A stretch of 63,996 bases of DNA, counting the filler, from Perkinsus olseni (lineage: Eukaryota): NCBI GenBank assembly GCA_013115125.1. It is 3 parts of 3 records of this genome, joined end to end, with 100 filler letters (N's around TTAATTAATTAA, not from the genome) between each part and the next. Parts side by side here need not be neighbours in the genome. Positions count along the whole stretch, not along the records: positions 22,750 to 45,382 come from JABANN010000535.1; 2 more parts are not named here. The stretch is one strand, 5' to 3'. The notes beneath the pieces are model-generated. The model was not told the origin of the DNA and ran no database searches. It saw nothing but the letters and a program-made list of their open reading frames with translations. Position 1 is the stretch's first letter, and each line of letters opens with the position of its first letter. The position numbers were made by a program, and so were the translations under genes. This document shows, one piece after another, positions 24,151-36,073 of this stretch.

Positions 24151-25689
24151 ATGGCAGAGCGCCTCGTGAAAAGACCCATCAGCCATCGACTCTCCACTAT
24201 CGTAGTAAAATACCTCGGTAAGGATGCATGTGCTGTCCTCTCTTGTTTTGCCTGCCTATTGGCTCCCATCATAGCAGGAGTTGGCCTTGGCTTCACAAGT
24301 CCAACGATAGACACTATGAGTAACACGGTGATATCGCCCACCACTGGTCAGCACATCCCCATAGGCTCCAGCTCTAACCTCTATGTATTCCATTCCTCTG
24401 CTATCTCTAGTTTCTTTAGTGCTGTCTTCACTCTTGGTGCATTGGTCGGGTCTTTGGCTGGTGGGCCTATTGCGGAGCCTATTGGTCGTCGCTACGCAAT
24501 GATGATATCCTCCCCCATCAGTACGATATCCTACCTTATCATAGCCCTGGCGAATAGTGCAGCTTCACTCGTGGTCTTTCGATTCATAGCTGGTGTGGGT
24601 ATGGGCATCGGCTCCTTCGTAACCGGTGTTTATATTAGTGAGATTGCTCCTACTCACCGTCGCGGTGTGCTTGGTGCAGGCAATCAACTCTGCTTTGCTT
24701 TGGGTGCTTGTGTGGTTTATGCCATTGGCATGGGAACTCGAACTGGTGCTGACTCGTCTGACCCTGCTGCAACTTCTACCACTTTCTGTGACTGGAGGGC
24801 TCTATCTTACTACTGCATGATACCGAGTGGGCTCTTGTTTTTTACCATGTTTCTGTCACCCGAAACCCCACGTTGGTTGGCTACGCGGGGTAGACTGGAT
24901 GAGGCAAAGAACTCTCTTGTCGCAGTCCGTGGTTTACCAATAGATGACAAGCAACTGGCCGCTGAAGTGAAGGTGCTGGCAGATGTTTCAGCGAGTCGTA
25001 GTGGTGAGAATGGCAGTAACAACATGCCATTCAAGGAAAGACTAAAGCTACTCTTTTCATGCAAACGTCAATGTATCATCGCCTGTGCTGTTCATTCTTT
25101 TGCTCAGTTTATAGGTCTCAATGCCCTTGCGTTCTATCAAACTAGTTTCTTCCAGCTTGCTGGACTGAGCAATGCTGATTTGATGTCTCTAACTGTGCAA
25201 CTCGTTACGGCTGTATCGAATCTTGTTGCATGCTTCTTGGTTGATCGTCTAGGCAGACGACCATTGCTTTTGTGGAGTGGCCTTGGTATGGCTGTAGGGC
25301 AGTTTCTATTGGGTTTATTCTTCTATTTAGATCGTGATGGTACAGCTACTAATCTATCATGGTTACCTGTATTAGCCTGTTATATTGTTCAAATAGCAAT
25401 GGCCACGGGAGTCGGTCCAATACGATGGATGCTCTCAGCCGAGCTCTTTCCCGATGAGGTCCGTGGTCTGGCATCTAGCATGGCTACGACTGTTAACTGG
25501 TTGTCAGCTTTCATACTAATCGAGTGCCTCAACCCCGCAGTGAACGGTACTTCCTTACAAGCCGTCTTTTGGTTCTTCTCTTGCGTTGGCGTTGCTCTTG
25601 CTGTATTTGTGTGGTTCTTTGTACCCGAGACGAAGGGGAAAACCTTGGAAGAAATACAGAAGATATTCGCCCGTTCCTCCACCCATTGA
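24151..25689 (+). CDS. Sugar porter (MFS, GLUT8/Tret1/ERD6-like) copy 2
   Basis: 12-TM pattern; GRR, YISEIAP..RG, PETPRWL, DRLGRR, PETKGK; intronless. Confidence 0.95.
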   Translation: MAERLVKRPISHRLSTIVVKYLGKDACAVLSCFACLLAPIIAGVGLGFTSPTIDTMSNTVISPTTGQHIPIGSSSNLYVFHSSAISSFFSAVFTLGALVGSLAGGPIAEPIGRRYAMMISSPISTISYLIIALANSAASLVVFRFIAGVGMGIGSFVTGVYISEIAPTHRRGVLGAGNQLCFALGACVVYAIGMGTRTGADSSDPAATSTTFCDWRALSYYCMIPSGLLFFTMFLSPETPRWLATRGRLDEAKNSLVAVRGLPIDDKQLAAEVKVLADVSASRSGENGSNNMPFKERLKLLFSCKRQCIIACAVHSFAQFIGLNALAFYQTSFFQLAGLSNADLMSLTVQLVTAVSNLVACFLVDRLGRRPLLLWSGLGMAVGQFLLGLFFYLDRDGTATNLSWLPVLACYIVQIAMATGVGPIRWMLSAELFPDEVRGLASSMATTVNWLSAFILIECLNPAVNGTSLQAVFWFFSCVGVALAVFVWFFVPETKGKTLEEIQKIFARSSTH

Positions 25690-26149
25690 TACTCTTTCGC
25701 GGCCTATAGCCGTATACGATTCTAACGACCTTAAGCCTCCGACCGAGTGTCTAGGTTTCTTTATGGCGAGCAACTGTTGAGTCAAAGCAGACGAGGATGA
25801 GGGGTATCGTTTCTTCCCAGATAGCATTTCCTCTTGAGTAGGACAAAGGATGACAGCTGGGATATACAGAAGTTATGTAGTAATGGGGGCTGGTCGTTGG
25901 TGATTGCTCTTCGTCTGCCAGATGCCTTTTAGAGAGAATTGGGAATGGTCATAGTGTTTTCGGTCATGGTAGTGGTAGTCGACAGTATTGGCATTGCTAA
26001 CTGGGGTTGCTTCATGCTTGTAATAGATCTAATCTCGCATCAAGTCTCGGTGCCCTCTGGCCCGTAGCGTTAGCGATTGGACCAGAGCCGTATCAATGCC
26101 GTCGGAACTCGATGGTCTTGGTTGCGCTATTGGATACTGTTGTAGTTGA

Positions 26150-27646
26150 ATGAGTGTTAACCCTTCAACCCATGGATCAGACGTCCGTGCCATACTCAGT
26201 GTTTTGGCGTGCCTCCTAGCGCCAATGACGATGGGAATAGGGTTGGGATTCACTGGCCCGACTATTGATACGATGCGTAATACAGTCGAAGACACTGATG
26301 GTGAAGGGACCATCGGCATTGGATCCAATTCTAACTTGTTTGTTTTCTCTTCCACAACTATATCGAGTCTATTTAGCGCTGCCCTAGTCCTAGGGGCCTT
26401 TATAGGATCTCTCATGGGTGGTCCTCTGGGGGAGCTCACAGGCAGGCGATTAGCGTTGTTAATTGCATCACCTATGAGCTCTATAGCCTACCTAGCTATA
26501 GCCTTATCATCGAGCCCTGCGGTATTAATAATAGCACGGTTTGTTGCAGGGCTCTCTCTGGGTCTAGCTTCTTTTGTTGCACCAGTTTATATAGGAGAGG
26601 TCTCTCCAACTCGGATTCGTGGAAGGCTCGGAGCTCTTTTCCAGCTATTCATAGCTGGAGGCATGCTCTACGTCTACGCGATGGGTCTGGCGTTCCGTAC
26701 GGACGCTGAATCGACTGACCCCCGTGCGACGTCTTCGACATTTTGTCAATGGAGGCGCGTTGCTTATATTTCCATGATACCTTCATTGCTGCTCTTCCTT
26801 GCGATGTACATGGCGTATCCTAGCCCTCGCTGGTTGGCAACGAAAGGTCGAATTGAAGAGGCGAAGGGAGCTCTATGTCGACTCCGTGGCTTGCCAACTT
26901 CTTCAAGAACTGAGGAAATCTTGGCTCTGGAGCGGGTAGCGGAGGGTCAGGCAGAGCCACGCGGCGTCGTGGAGAAGTTCAAGGTCATCATGGAATGCAA
27001 GCGACAAGCTGTGATAGCGGTGGTGATACACTTCCTAACCCAGCTGTCGGGTCTCAACGCTCTGGCCTTCTATCTAACATCAATATTTATGAAAGCAGGC
27101 CTATCGAATGCTGACCTGATGTCGCTCATAGTCCAGCTGGTCACCATGTTCACTACTCTGCCTGCAAGTTACCTTGTAGAGACTCTCGGCCGAAGAGTAT
27201 TGCTCCTGACTGGCTGTCTTATGATGGGTGTAGCTCAGTTCCTTAGTGCTTTGTTCTTCTACCTTGATCGTGATAGTGGGAGCTCCTCATCCTCAATGGG
27301 CTGGTTGGTCCTTTTGGGGGTGTATGCTTACCAGATATCCTTCGCTTGGGGCGTTGGCCCCATTAGATGGATACTAGTCGCTGAACTGTTCCCTTGTAGA
27401 GCCCGCGGGGTGGCAGCAAGCTTGGCCGCAACTGCCAATTGGATAAGTGCTTTCATCTTCATACTCGCCTTAGACCCTCTCGTGGAGGCTACGTCTTTAT
27501 ATGTCACATTCTGGTCTTTCGCGGTTGCCAGCTGGGCACTGGTGGTATTCGTATGGTTCATGGTACCCGAGACTAAAGGTAAGACTTTTGAAGAGATCCA
27601 GGAGCATTTTAAGACAAGGCAAACATCGTTAGAGCAATGTCAGTAA
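26150..27646 (+). CDS. Sugar porter (MFS) copy 3
   Basis: Same motifs, with PSPRWL variant. Confidence 0.95.
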   Translation: MSVNPSTHGSDVRAILSVLACLLAPMTMGIGLGFTGPTIDTMRNTVEDTDGEGTIGIGSNSNLFVFSSTTISSLFSAALVLGAFIGSLMGGPLGELTGRRLALLIASPMSSIAYLAIALSSSPAVLIIARFVAGLSLGLASFVAPVYIGEVSPTRIRGRLGALFQLFIAGGMLYVYAMGLAFRTDAESTDPRATSSTFCQWRRVAYISMIPSLLLFLAMYMAYPSPRWLATKGRIEEAKGALCRLRGLPTSSRTEEILALERVAEGQAEPRGVVEKFKVIMECKRQAVIAVVIHFLTQLSGLNALAFYLTSIFMKAGLSNADLMSLIVQLVTMFTTLPASYLVETLGRRVLLLTGCLMMGVAQFLSALFFYLDRDSGSSSSSMGWLVLLGVYAYQISFAWGVGPIRWILVAELFPCRARGVAASLAATANWISAFIFILALDPLVEATSLYVTFWSFAVASWALVVFVWFMVPETKGKTFEEIQEHFKTRQTSLEQCQ

Positions 27647-27771
27647 CAGTGCTTATAGTGCGTACCATTAGTTTTTTGCGCAATCGATTTTTTAACCTTT
27701 CGTAGACTCGAGTTGGAGAAGAGGGATTTGTCGTCCGTTCAGTCATCGTCCTGTCATCTTATGCCTTCACC

Positions 27772-29241
27772 ATGTACTATCGCTATCAAGGCTGTGACGA
27801 CATCGTTGCTATTGTGTGTGTGATTGGCTCACTATTAGCACCGTTCGTGGCTGGTATAGGACTTGGTTTCACCAGTCCCACTATCGATACTATGAGGAAT
27901 ACTGTCCTCACAACTCGAGGCCAACGGGTCGACATAGGCCTTGATTCGAATCTTTACGTTTTCAAAGACCAAGATTTTGTTGCTAGTGCCTTTAGTGCTG
28001 CCCTGACTGCCGGGGCGTGTCTTGGAGCTCTCATCGCCGGTCCTGTGGCTGACCAGATCGGAAGGCGATTGGCGTTGATGTTGAACTCACCTTTGGGTAT
28101 TGTCGCCTATCTCACCATTGGTCTCAGCAGCAATGTCTATCTCCTCATCGCAGGTAGGTTCATAGCAGGCCTACCGGTCGGGATGGGTCCATCAGTAGCA
28201 TCTGTCTACATCAGTGAGGTGGCACCTACAAGACTGAGGGGCGTCCTAGGAGCGTGTAACGAGATGGCCTCTGTACTCGGCATTACAGGGGTATATGCTG
28301 CTGGTTTGCTGTTCAGAACTGATGGAGGTAGTTCTGACCCATTAGCGAGTGATGATACATTCTGTGACTGGAGATTGACGTCCTTCGTCTGCATTGCCCC
28401 ATGCGCCCTCTTGGCTATCGCTATGTATTTTGCTTTGGAGTCCCCGAGGTGGTTGGCGTGTAAGAGGCACATGGTAGAGGCTCAGAACGTTCTGTGTCAG
28501 TTGCGGGGCTGCCGATCAGCAGGTGACCCTCGCATAGCATCTGAGATGCCTGAGCTTACTAATGCTGATCATGGCACCCGCTTTGTGGTCCGACTAAGGG
28601 AGTTGCTGAGCTGCCGGAAGCAGTTACTTGTCGCTATAGTCATTGAAGCACTCACTCAGCTCAGTGGTCTCGACGTCATAGCGTTCTATTTGGTAACAAT
28701 CTTCCAGGACGCTCACTTGAGTTCTCCTGATCTGATGGCAGTAACAGTACAGCTAGCTACTGCAATCGCCATAATTCCGGCGTGCTTGTTAGTGGAACGC
28801 TCAGGACGCCGTCCCCTCCTTTTGCTGAGCAGTATCGTTATGTGTCTCAATCTAGCGCTCATCGGTGCTTTCTTTTATGTCGGTAAAGAGTCCCTGGCTT
28901 GGTTATCCGTAGTCGGTGCGTATGGCTACAACTTGGGTTATGCATTTGGTGTTGGGCCAATTCGATGGCTCCTAGTAGCTGAGATATTCCCAGATCGTTG
29001 TAGGAGCCTTGCAGCTGGCCTAGCGACTATGGCCAGCTGGTTGACTCTGTTTATAATCATTCTCGTAGTGGATCGTGCCACCGAGGCCACTTCGCGTCAA
29101 GCTCTATTCTGGTTCTTCGCTGCTATCAGCGCCGTCATCACTGGGTTTGTCTGGTTGGCAGTGCCGGAAACGAAAGGAAGAAGCTTCGAGGAAATTAAAA
29201 GGTTGTTCTACCCCATTCCCACCATCAACAGTGTCGTTTGA
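27772..29241 (+). CDS. Sugar porter (MFS) copy 4
   Basis: Same motifs; ESPRWL, PETKGR. Confidence 0.95.
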   Translation: MYYRYQGCDDIVAIVCVIGSLLAPFVAGIGLGFTSPTIDTMRNTVLTTRGQRVDIGLDSNLYVFKDQDFVASAFSAALTAGACLGALIAGPVADQIGRRLALMLNSPLGIVAYLTIGLSSNVYLLIAGRFIAGLPVGMGPSVASVYISEVAPTRLRGVLGACNEMASVLGITGVYAAGLLFRTDGGSSDPLASDDTFCDWRLTSFVCIAPCALLAIAMYFALESPRWLACKRHMVEAQNVLCQLRGCRSAGDPRIASEMPELTNADHGTRFVVRLRELLSCRKQLLVAIVIEALTQLSGLDVIAFYLVTIFQDAHLSSPDLMAVTVQLATAIAIIPACLLVERSGRRPLLLLSSIVMCLNLALIGAFFYVGKESLAWLSVVGAYGYNLGYAFGVGPIRWLLVAEIFPDRCRSLAAGLATMASWLTLFIIILVVDRATEATSRQALFWFFAAISAVITGFVWLAVPETKGRSFEEIKRLFYPIPTINSVV

Positions 29242-29431
29242 CAATCATGAATATAATTTCTCATCGTCTCGTCGTGATAAGACGGTTGAACTAAGCTGTA
29301 TAGATCCCTCACGTAGTGGTTTGTAGCACGACATGTTGAGCTGGTTGGTTCCGGACACAAAGGCCGTGTTGTCAGGGAGCTAGGACTCCTGGCGTTGCTC
29401 CGATCGTTTTTCGTGTAGTATATATCTTTCT

Positions 29432-30904
29432 ATGTTCTCTTCTCCTGCTGCACTACTTCCTATATCGGGAGACTCCTTCGCTGTGTTCTGTGCGTGTGCA
29501 TCGATGTTGGGGCCACTGACCGTCGGTTTAGGTCTGGGCTTCACAGGCTCCACCATTGATACGATGCGCAACTCGGTCTTAGCCCCTGATGGTACTCGGA
29601 TAGACATCGGCCCGGAGTCTAATCTTCACGTATTCAACTCAACAACTGCGTCAAGCCTCTTCGGTGCTGCCCTCACCCTTGGTGCTCTCGTCGGTACACT
29701 TTCCGGAGGCCCCGTCGCCGAGGCTACTGGTCGTCGCCTCGCCTTGCTCATCACCTCCCCCCTCAGTGTTGGGGCATACCTCGCCATAGCCCTTGGACAC
29801 AGCCCTTATCTGCTTGTCGCTGCGCGATTGGTCGCCGGTTTCTCTATGGGCATCTGCTCGTTCGTATCATCCGTGTACATTAGTGAGGTCTCTCCGAATA
29901 AGCTACGCGGCTTCCTCGGTGCCTGCACTCAGCTGATGATGGCTGGTGGTATCACTCTTGTGTATGCTATTTGCCTGGGAGCGAGGACCAGTGCCGGGTC
30001 CCCCGATCCCTTGGCTACATCCTCAACCTTCTGCAACTGGCGACTAGTAGCCTTCATCTGCATCATCCCTCCCAGTTTATTGTTCTGCCTGATGTACTTC
30101 GCGGTTGAGTCTCCGAGATGGCTCGCCACTCGAGGCCGTACTGATGAAGCACGCGCTGTTCTTGTGCGCCTTAGAGGCGCTAGCGAGGACGACAAAAGTC
30201 TTATGGCCGAAATGGATGCCCTCGAGGCCATTGTAGCATCTCACGACAAGAAGGACGGCATCAAAGCCCGACTATCGGTGTTGTGGTCTTGTAAAAGGCA
30301 AGCGGTAATTGCGGTGGCTTTGAACGGCCTGACGCAGTTTACCGGGCTCAACGCTCTTGCATTCTATCAAACGACATTCTTCCTCGAGGCTGGGTTGAAG
30401 GACGCCGACGTTCTCGCCTTGACTGTTCAGCTCTCGACTGTCATAGCTAATGTCGTTGCTTGCTTCTTGATGGACCGTATGGGTAGGAGGCCCCTCCTGA
30501 TCAGTAGCAGTATCGGAATGTGTATAAGCCAGATAATGATAGCAACATTCTTCTACGAGGATCGCGATGGAGGAGATGAAGATCTAGGATGGTTAATCCT
30601 ACTGGGATCATATTGCTATCAGATTACCTACGCATGGGGTGTGGGACCTATCCGCTGGATGGTCGCGGCTGAGTTGTTCCCCGATGAAGCTCGAGGATTA
30701 GCATCAAGCCTCGCCACTACGTCCAATTGGTTCTGCGCTTTCCTTTTTATACTCTTCCTTGATACAGTCATCAACGCAACTTCACTGCAGGCAGTCTTCT
30801 ACTTCTTCGCCTGTGTAGCTGCGGCCATGACAGCCTTTGAGTGGTACATGGTACCAGAGACCAAGGGCAAGACGTTGGAAGAGATTCAGAGTATCTTCTC
30901 CTGA
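29432..30904 (+). CDS. Sugar porter (MFS) copy 5
   Basis: Same motifs. Confidence 0.95.
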   Translation: MFSSPAALLPISGDSFAVFCACASMLGPLTVGLGLGFTGSTIDTMRNSVLAPDGTRIDIGPESNLHVFNSTTASSLFGAALTLGALVGTLSGGPVAEATGRRLALLITSPLSVGAYLAIALGHSPYLLVAARLVAGFSMGICSFVSSVYISEVSPNKLRGFLGACTQLMMAGGITLVYAICLGARTSAGSPDPLATSSTFCNWRLVAFICIIPPSLLFCLMYFAVESPRWLATRGRTDEARAVLVRLRGASEDDKSLMAEMDALEAIVASHDKKDGIKARLSVLWSCKRQAVIAVALNGLTQFTGLNALAFYQTTFFLEAGLKDADVLALTVQLSTVIANVVACFLMDRMGRRPLLISSSIGMCISQIMIATFFYEDRDGGDEDLGWLILLGSYCYQITYAWGVGPIRWMVAAELFPDEARGLASSLATTSNWFCAFLFILFLDTVINATSLQAVFYFFACVAAAMTAFEWYMVPETKGKTLEEIQSIFS

Positions 30905-31776
30905 TTACGTTATGGGCTCCTACTAGTGATTGTACTCGCCTTGTGTTGTTCCTTCAGCTGCCATAGTAGCAGCAAAGCTCTAGTCCCATATATATTATTC
31001 TAGTCACATTCTAGTGTCGAACTCTTGTTTCCCGTTGCTGTGCAAATTGCCCTTCTGTTGTGTACTCAATAAGGCATATGGACGACTTATCGGTCTGACG
31101 AATGGAGTAACAATGCATGGATAACCATGCGGTATGAGTCAGGTGAATGATTTGGAGGAAGGGTTGGGCGGTACTCTTGCATCGTCTCGAGTGGATGTGC
31201 TCAGGACTGCCCCCGGTATCGTGTTGACGCATAGAAGATAATGGGAGAAGAATGTATAAACAATGCATGACAAAAGCTTTGCTTGACTTTTCTCCGTGAG
31301 TATCGCCGCGATACTTGGGTAGTGGTATACGTTAAAGCCGATAGGACGCGATACTATCGCGTCAGTCGAGGCAGCGTCTTGTCCCAAGACCCTTGTGCAT
31401 CGCATAGGACTTTCATACCATTTTAGTCCAGTCCCGTACATCATTCTGTGCTGGTCATCATGACCAGCACAGAATGACCAGGTCATGCCACTAGCCACTA
31501 CAGGGACGCCGTGACGTGGTGGGCGATCTTCATGCACGCAGGCACAGGGTCGCCATTCCCGCTCTGACGCGGCAGGGTATGTTTCTGTTCCGCCGCCCCT
31601 CCTCACGGGAATGCGAATGGTGCTGACTAAAACAATAGACGAACAATAGGTTGATACTTTGACAGTATACTGTTACGTCGCCAATGCCGCGGCAACCGAC
31701 CTGGCATTGCATGCGACTGCACTCTGAACCTCTCAAGAATCATCGTGTCCACACTGTCTTGTCAGTTCTATTAACA

Positions 31777-33242
31777 ATGGCGCATCAAGGTAGCCGGTTC
31801 AGTCCATCGGGGACATCCTTCGCGGTTCTGTGTGCATGTGCCTCCCTGCTTGGACCGTTAGCAGGCGGATTAGGACAAGGTTTCACAGGCCCCACCATTG
31901 ACACGATGCGCAACTCGGTCTTGGCCCCTGACGGTACTCGGATAGACATCGGCCCGGAGTCTAATCTTTACGTATTCACCTCGACAGCCACCTCGAGCTT
32001 TTTCGGTGCTGCCCTCACCCTTGGTGCTCTCGTCGGTACACTTTCCGGAGGCCCCGTCGCCGAGGCTACTGGTCGTCGCCTCGCCTTGCTCATCACCTCC
32101 CCCTCAGTGTTGGGGCATACCTCGCCATGGCCCTTGGACACAGCCCTTATCTACTTATCGCTGCGCGATTGGTCTCCGGTTTCTCTCTCGGCATCTGTAC
32201 TTTTGTTACCCCAGTGTATGTGAGTGAAGTGGCCCCAATGAGGTTGCGTGGCCTTCTCGGCACATGCACACAGATGATGCTCGTCATAGGTGTCTCAGTC
32301 GTGTATGCCATTGGTATGCTCACCAGGACTAGTGCCGGGTCATCCGATCCGTTGGCAACCCCTACGACTTTCTGCAACTGGCGACTACTCGCCTTCATTT
32401 GTATCATCCCTTCTGCTTTGTTGTTCTGTCTGATGTTCTTCGCGGTTGAGTCTCCGCGATGGCTCGCCACTCGAGGCCGCACTGATGAAGCACGCGCTGT
32501 TCTTGTTCGCATTCGGAGCAGCTCAGACGATATTTTGGCTGAGGCCACGGAGTTTGGAAGGAACGTAGATTCGGAGAGCGTTGCTAGAGCTGTTGGCATC
32601 GTTAGCCGCATTAAAACTTTATTATCCTGTAGGAAGCAAATGGTGATCTCTGTGGGTTTGAATGCCATGGCACAGCTGACCGGCCTCTACGCCTTAGTCT
32701 TTTATCAAACCACGATTTTTCTGCTGGCCGGTCTGAAGTATGCGGATGCGCTGTCTCTCACCGTTCAGTTATCCGCAATTGTGTCCAACGTCGCGGCCTC
32801 CTCCCTCATCGATCGAGTCCGTCGACGTCTGATCATCATCACAAGCAGTACTGGTATGTGTTTGAGCCTTTTGATGATAGCCACGGCCTTCTATGTTGAC
32901 CGGAATGACGGACACAGTGCTGCATGGCTCGCCGTTCTCGGATCATATTGCTATCATATTACCTATGCATGGGGTGTGGGGCCTATCCGCTGGATGGTCG
33001 CGGCTGAGTTGTTCCCCGATGAAGCTCGAGGATTAGCATCAAGCCTCGCCACTACATCCAATTGGCTCTGCGCTTTTCTTTTTATACTCTTCCTTGATAC
33101 AGTCATCAACGCAACTTCACTTCAGGCAGTTTTCTACTTCTTCGCCTGTGTAGCTGCGGCTATGAGAGCCTTTGAATGGTATTTGGTGCCAGAGACCAAG
33201 GGCAAGACGTTGGAAGAGATCCAGTCGTCGTTCAAAAACTAG
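31777..33242 (+). pseudogene. Sugar porter (MFS) copy 6 with a 1-nt frameshift (pseudogene or homopolymer sequencing error)
   Basis: Split into ORFs 31684-32223 and 32127-33242. The C-run at 32099-32103 has 5 C versus 6 C in copy 5. Confidence 0.8.
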
Positions 33243-33959
33243 GCGCCTCCGAGAGAGGTTCTTGTGATCACCTCGTTGCCTCCCATGGTTCAACTCAGGA
33301 CTGGAGGATGGCGCACTCCCAGTGATGCAATTCCAATGGTAGTGGTTATCTGCCCTGCCTACTCGGCCTCATAGTATTTATACAGTTAGCATCAGCAGTT
33401 TTGTGCTAATGAAGGAGACAAGTGAGACTAAGGTTATATTGAGAGAAAATTTATGAGAGCAAGATTCTTATCATTACTCCCGATCATTCACAATTGGTGG
33501 TACAAGGTTGCTCATAAGCAACCATCGCGTGTTGATGTTGCCTGCTATATATCATTAACGAGCTTCAACTCTTTCACCACCCGTATCGATATGTTGCGTA
33601 CTTTAGTCGAAGGCACCGGCCGATCGCGCTAGCTCATTGTGTGCTCCTGTCCCCCATCCGCAGCAGTGCAGTAAATGTCAGGGCGGTGCTGGAAACCTCA
33701 TGGCATGAGGCATTTTCCAGTAATCTCGAGGGCAGTGAGAGCTTAAAAGGATTCTGGACTAAACGGACGGAGTCTATAGCGGTGGATGGTGGAATACCTC
33801 CAAAATGAGCCGACGATGAGTCTGTATCGCGCCTGGGTGTTCGTCTTTCGTATTCCCTTCCGACTGGCCTATTATTGAAAGAGGGCGAAGATCATGCCGT
33901 CGACACCGAGGGGTTCAGATGAGTAGTTACTATCAGACGATTATCTCTTTTGGTTTCTC

Positions 33960-35441
33960 ATGTCATCCGTTTGGAGGAGGCTGTTAGGCCCCGACTGGCG
34001 TGGCGTGCTGGCCGTATTGGCTGTCCTGCCGGCGCCTTTCACAGTTGGTATCTCTACAGGTTTCACTGCGCCAACAATAGATACTATGCGGAACACCGTC
34101 CTCGATCCGAATGGTGCTCACGTCGAGATCGGTGCCGGCTCGAGATATTATGTGTTCGACGATTCGATGGATGCCAGTTTCTTCAGTGCTGCGCTCAGTC
34201 TGGGAGCTCTGGTGGGGACATTGTCCAGTGGTCCCATCGCTGAGTTCACTGGACGCCGATTAGCTCTATTGATAGCAGCACCCTTGGAGTTGGCGGCATA
34301 CTTGATGATTGCTCTCGGCAGTAACCCGCTTCTCTTGATCATTGCTCGAATAATCGCGGGACTATCGATGGGTGTTTGCTCATTCGTCTGCTCCGTTTAC
34401 ATTGGTGAGATGGCACCTACGAGATTTCGTGGTCTTTTCGGAGCGTGTACTCAACTGATGATGGGCCTCGGTATCCTGCTCATATATATCTTTGGCGCCG
34501 CATGTAGGACTCAAGCAGGCTCGACGGACCCCTTGGCCACCGGATCCACATTTTGCAATTGGAGGCTAGTAGCCTATCTTTGCCTCATACCAGGCGGGCT
34601 GCTCTTTACTACAATGTTTCTGGCTCCTGAGACACCTCGCTGGCTCGCTACTCGTGGCAAATTAGAAAGAGCCGAGGCTATTCTCCGCAAGGTGCGAGGT
34701 GTGGATGCCGGGGACCATAAGGAAGAATATATCGAGGAGGAGCTAAATGCGCTCAAGGCAGTGAGTGATGCCCGAGTGTCGACGAAATCGAAGTCCGATA
34801 TCCGAACTCGGTTCAGAGTGCTGCTATCGTGTCCCAAACAGCTCGTGATTTGCACCATGAACATGGCCTTCACACAGTTCTCCGGTATCAATGCTCTTAC
34901 ATTCTTCCAGACAACAATCTTCGAAATGGCTGGCCTCAAGGACGCAGACGTGCTCGCTATCACTGTTAGAGTAGTGAGTACTCTAGCCAACTTTCCAGCA
35001 CTCTATCTGGTTGATCGCCTTGGTAGACGACCTCTTATTATAAGCAGCGCGGCTGGTATGTGCTTGAGCCAGTTCTTAATGGGTCTGTTCTTCTACTTGG
35101 ATCGTGATGGTGATGCTCACAACATTGCTTGGCTTGCATTGCTGGCTTCTTATGGTTACCAATTTACCTACTCGTGGGGTGTTGGCCCGATCCGATGGAT
35201 GCTAGCGTCTGAGCTGTTCCCTGATGAAGCACGTGGGTTGGCATCTGCTGCTACTACGACTGTGAATTGGGTATGTGCCTTTATATTTATATTATTCTTG
35301 GACTCGGCTGTGCAGGCTACTTCAATGCAGGCAGCCTTTTGGTTCTTTTCCTGTGTGGGTGCGGTCATGGCTGTTTTCGAGTACTTCATGGTACCAGAAA
35401 CGAAAGGGAAGACACTTGAAGAAATTCAAAAGTTATTTTAG
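33960..35441 (+). CDS. Sugar porter (MFS) copy 7
   Basis: Same motifs; TQFSGIN. Confidence 0.95.
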   Translation: MSSVWRRLLGPDWRGVLAVLAVLPAPFTVGISTGFTAPTIDTMRNTVLDPNGAHVEIGAGSRYYVFDDSMDASFFSAALSLGALVGTLSSGPIAEFTGRRLALLIAAPLELAAYLMIALGSNPLLLIIARIIAGLSMGVCSFVCSVYIGEMAPTRFRGLFGACTQLMMGLGILLIYIFGAACRTQAGSTDPLATGSTFCNWRLVAYLCLIPGGLLFTTMFLAPETPRWLATRGKLERAEAILRKVRGVDAGDHKEEYIEEELNALKAVSDARVSTKSKSDIRTRFRVLLSCPKQLVICTMNMAFTQFSGINALTFFQTTIFEMAGLKDADVLAITVRVVSTLANFPALYLVDRLGRRPLIISSAAGMCLSQFLMGLFFYLDRDGDAHNIAWLALLASYGYQFTYSWGVGPIRWMLASELFPDEARGLASAATTTVNWVCAFIFILFLDSAVQATSMQAAFWFFSCVGAVMAVFEYFMVPETKGKTLEEIQKLF

Positions 35442-36073
35442 TTGCTCATTTGTACTTTAGTATCTCTCTTCACGTTCTCGTTTATACCACCACCTAACAT
35501 CATTACCTCGAAGGGAGCACTGTGCGTTGTGTGTATTTTAGTAGAGGGATGAGGTAGGCTCATTGATGACCTGCAACCTGCTACCTGGCTGCAGCGGTCG
35601 GCTGGTAGGTCTCCACGTGTTGTGTGCCGTGTCTCCAGCTCGGAGTGTATTCGTCGGGACGTAGAGGAGGTCATTAGAGAGTTACTGCGCTAAGAATTCT
35701 CGTCTGCCGCCTGCAGGAGGACTTTTAAAGCCGTGCTCTTTCAGTATTCTGATACCGTCGCGGCGTCGTTATGGGTTAGAACTGTCTGAAGGCAGGGCGA
35801 TTTTGAGTATGCTAGTAAATCTCTCTAGCGTGGTGCTTGTCTCTTCATTCATACGCCTACAGTTCATGGTGACTACAGCCTGAGCCGCGTGCTTGGCTTT
35901 CGGGTGATGTATCTAATGGGTTTGACAATTCGAGACTGGGGGGGATGGGGATTCCCAATGGAATTCGATGGCATCTTAGATTGGTTTAGAAGTTATTCAC
36001 AATCCCCACGGTTATCTGGACGGAGGAGGATGTGAAATTCGCCTTATTGCTACGCCTTCAGTTTATTTAGTTT

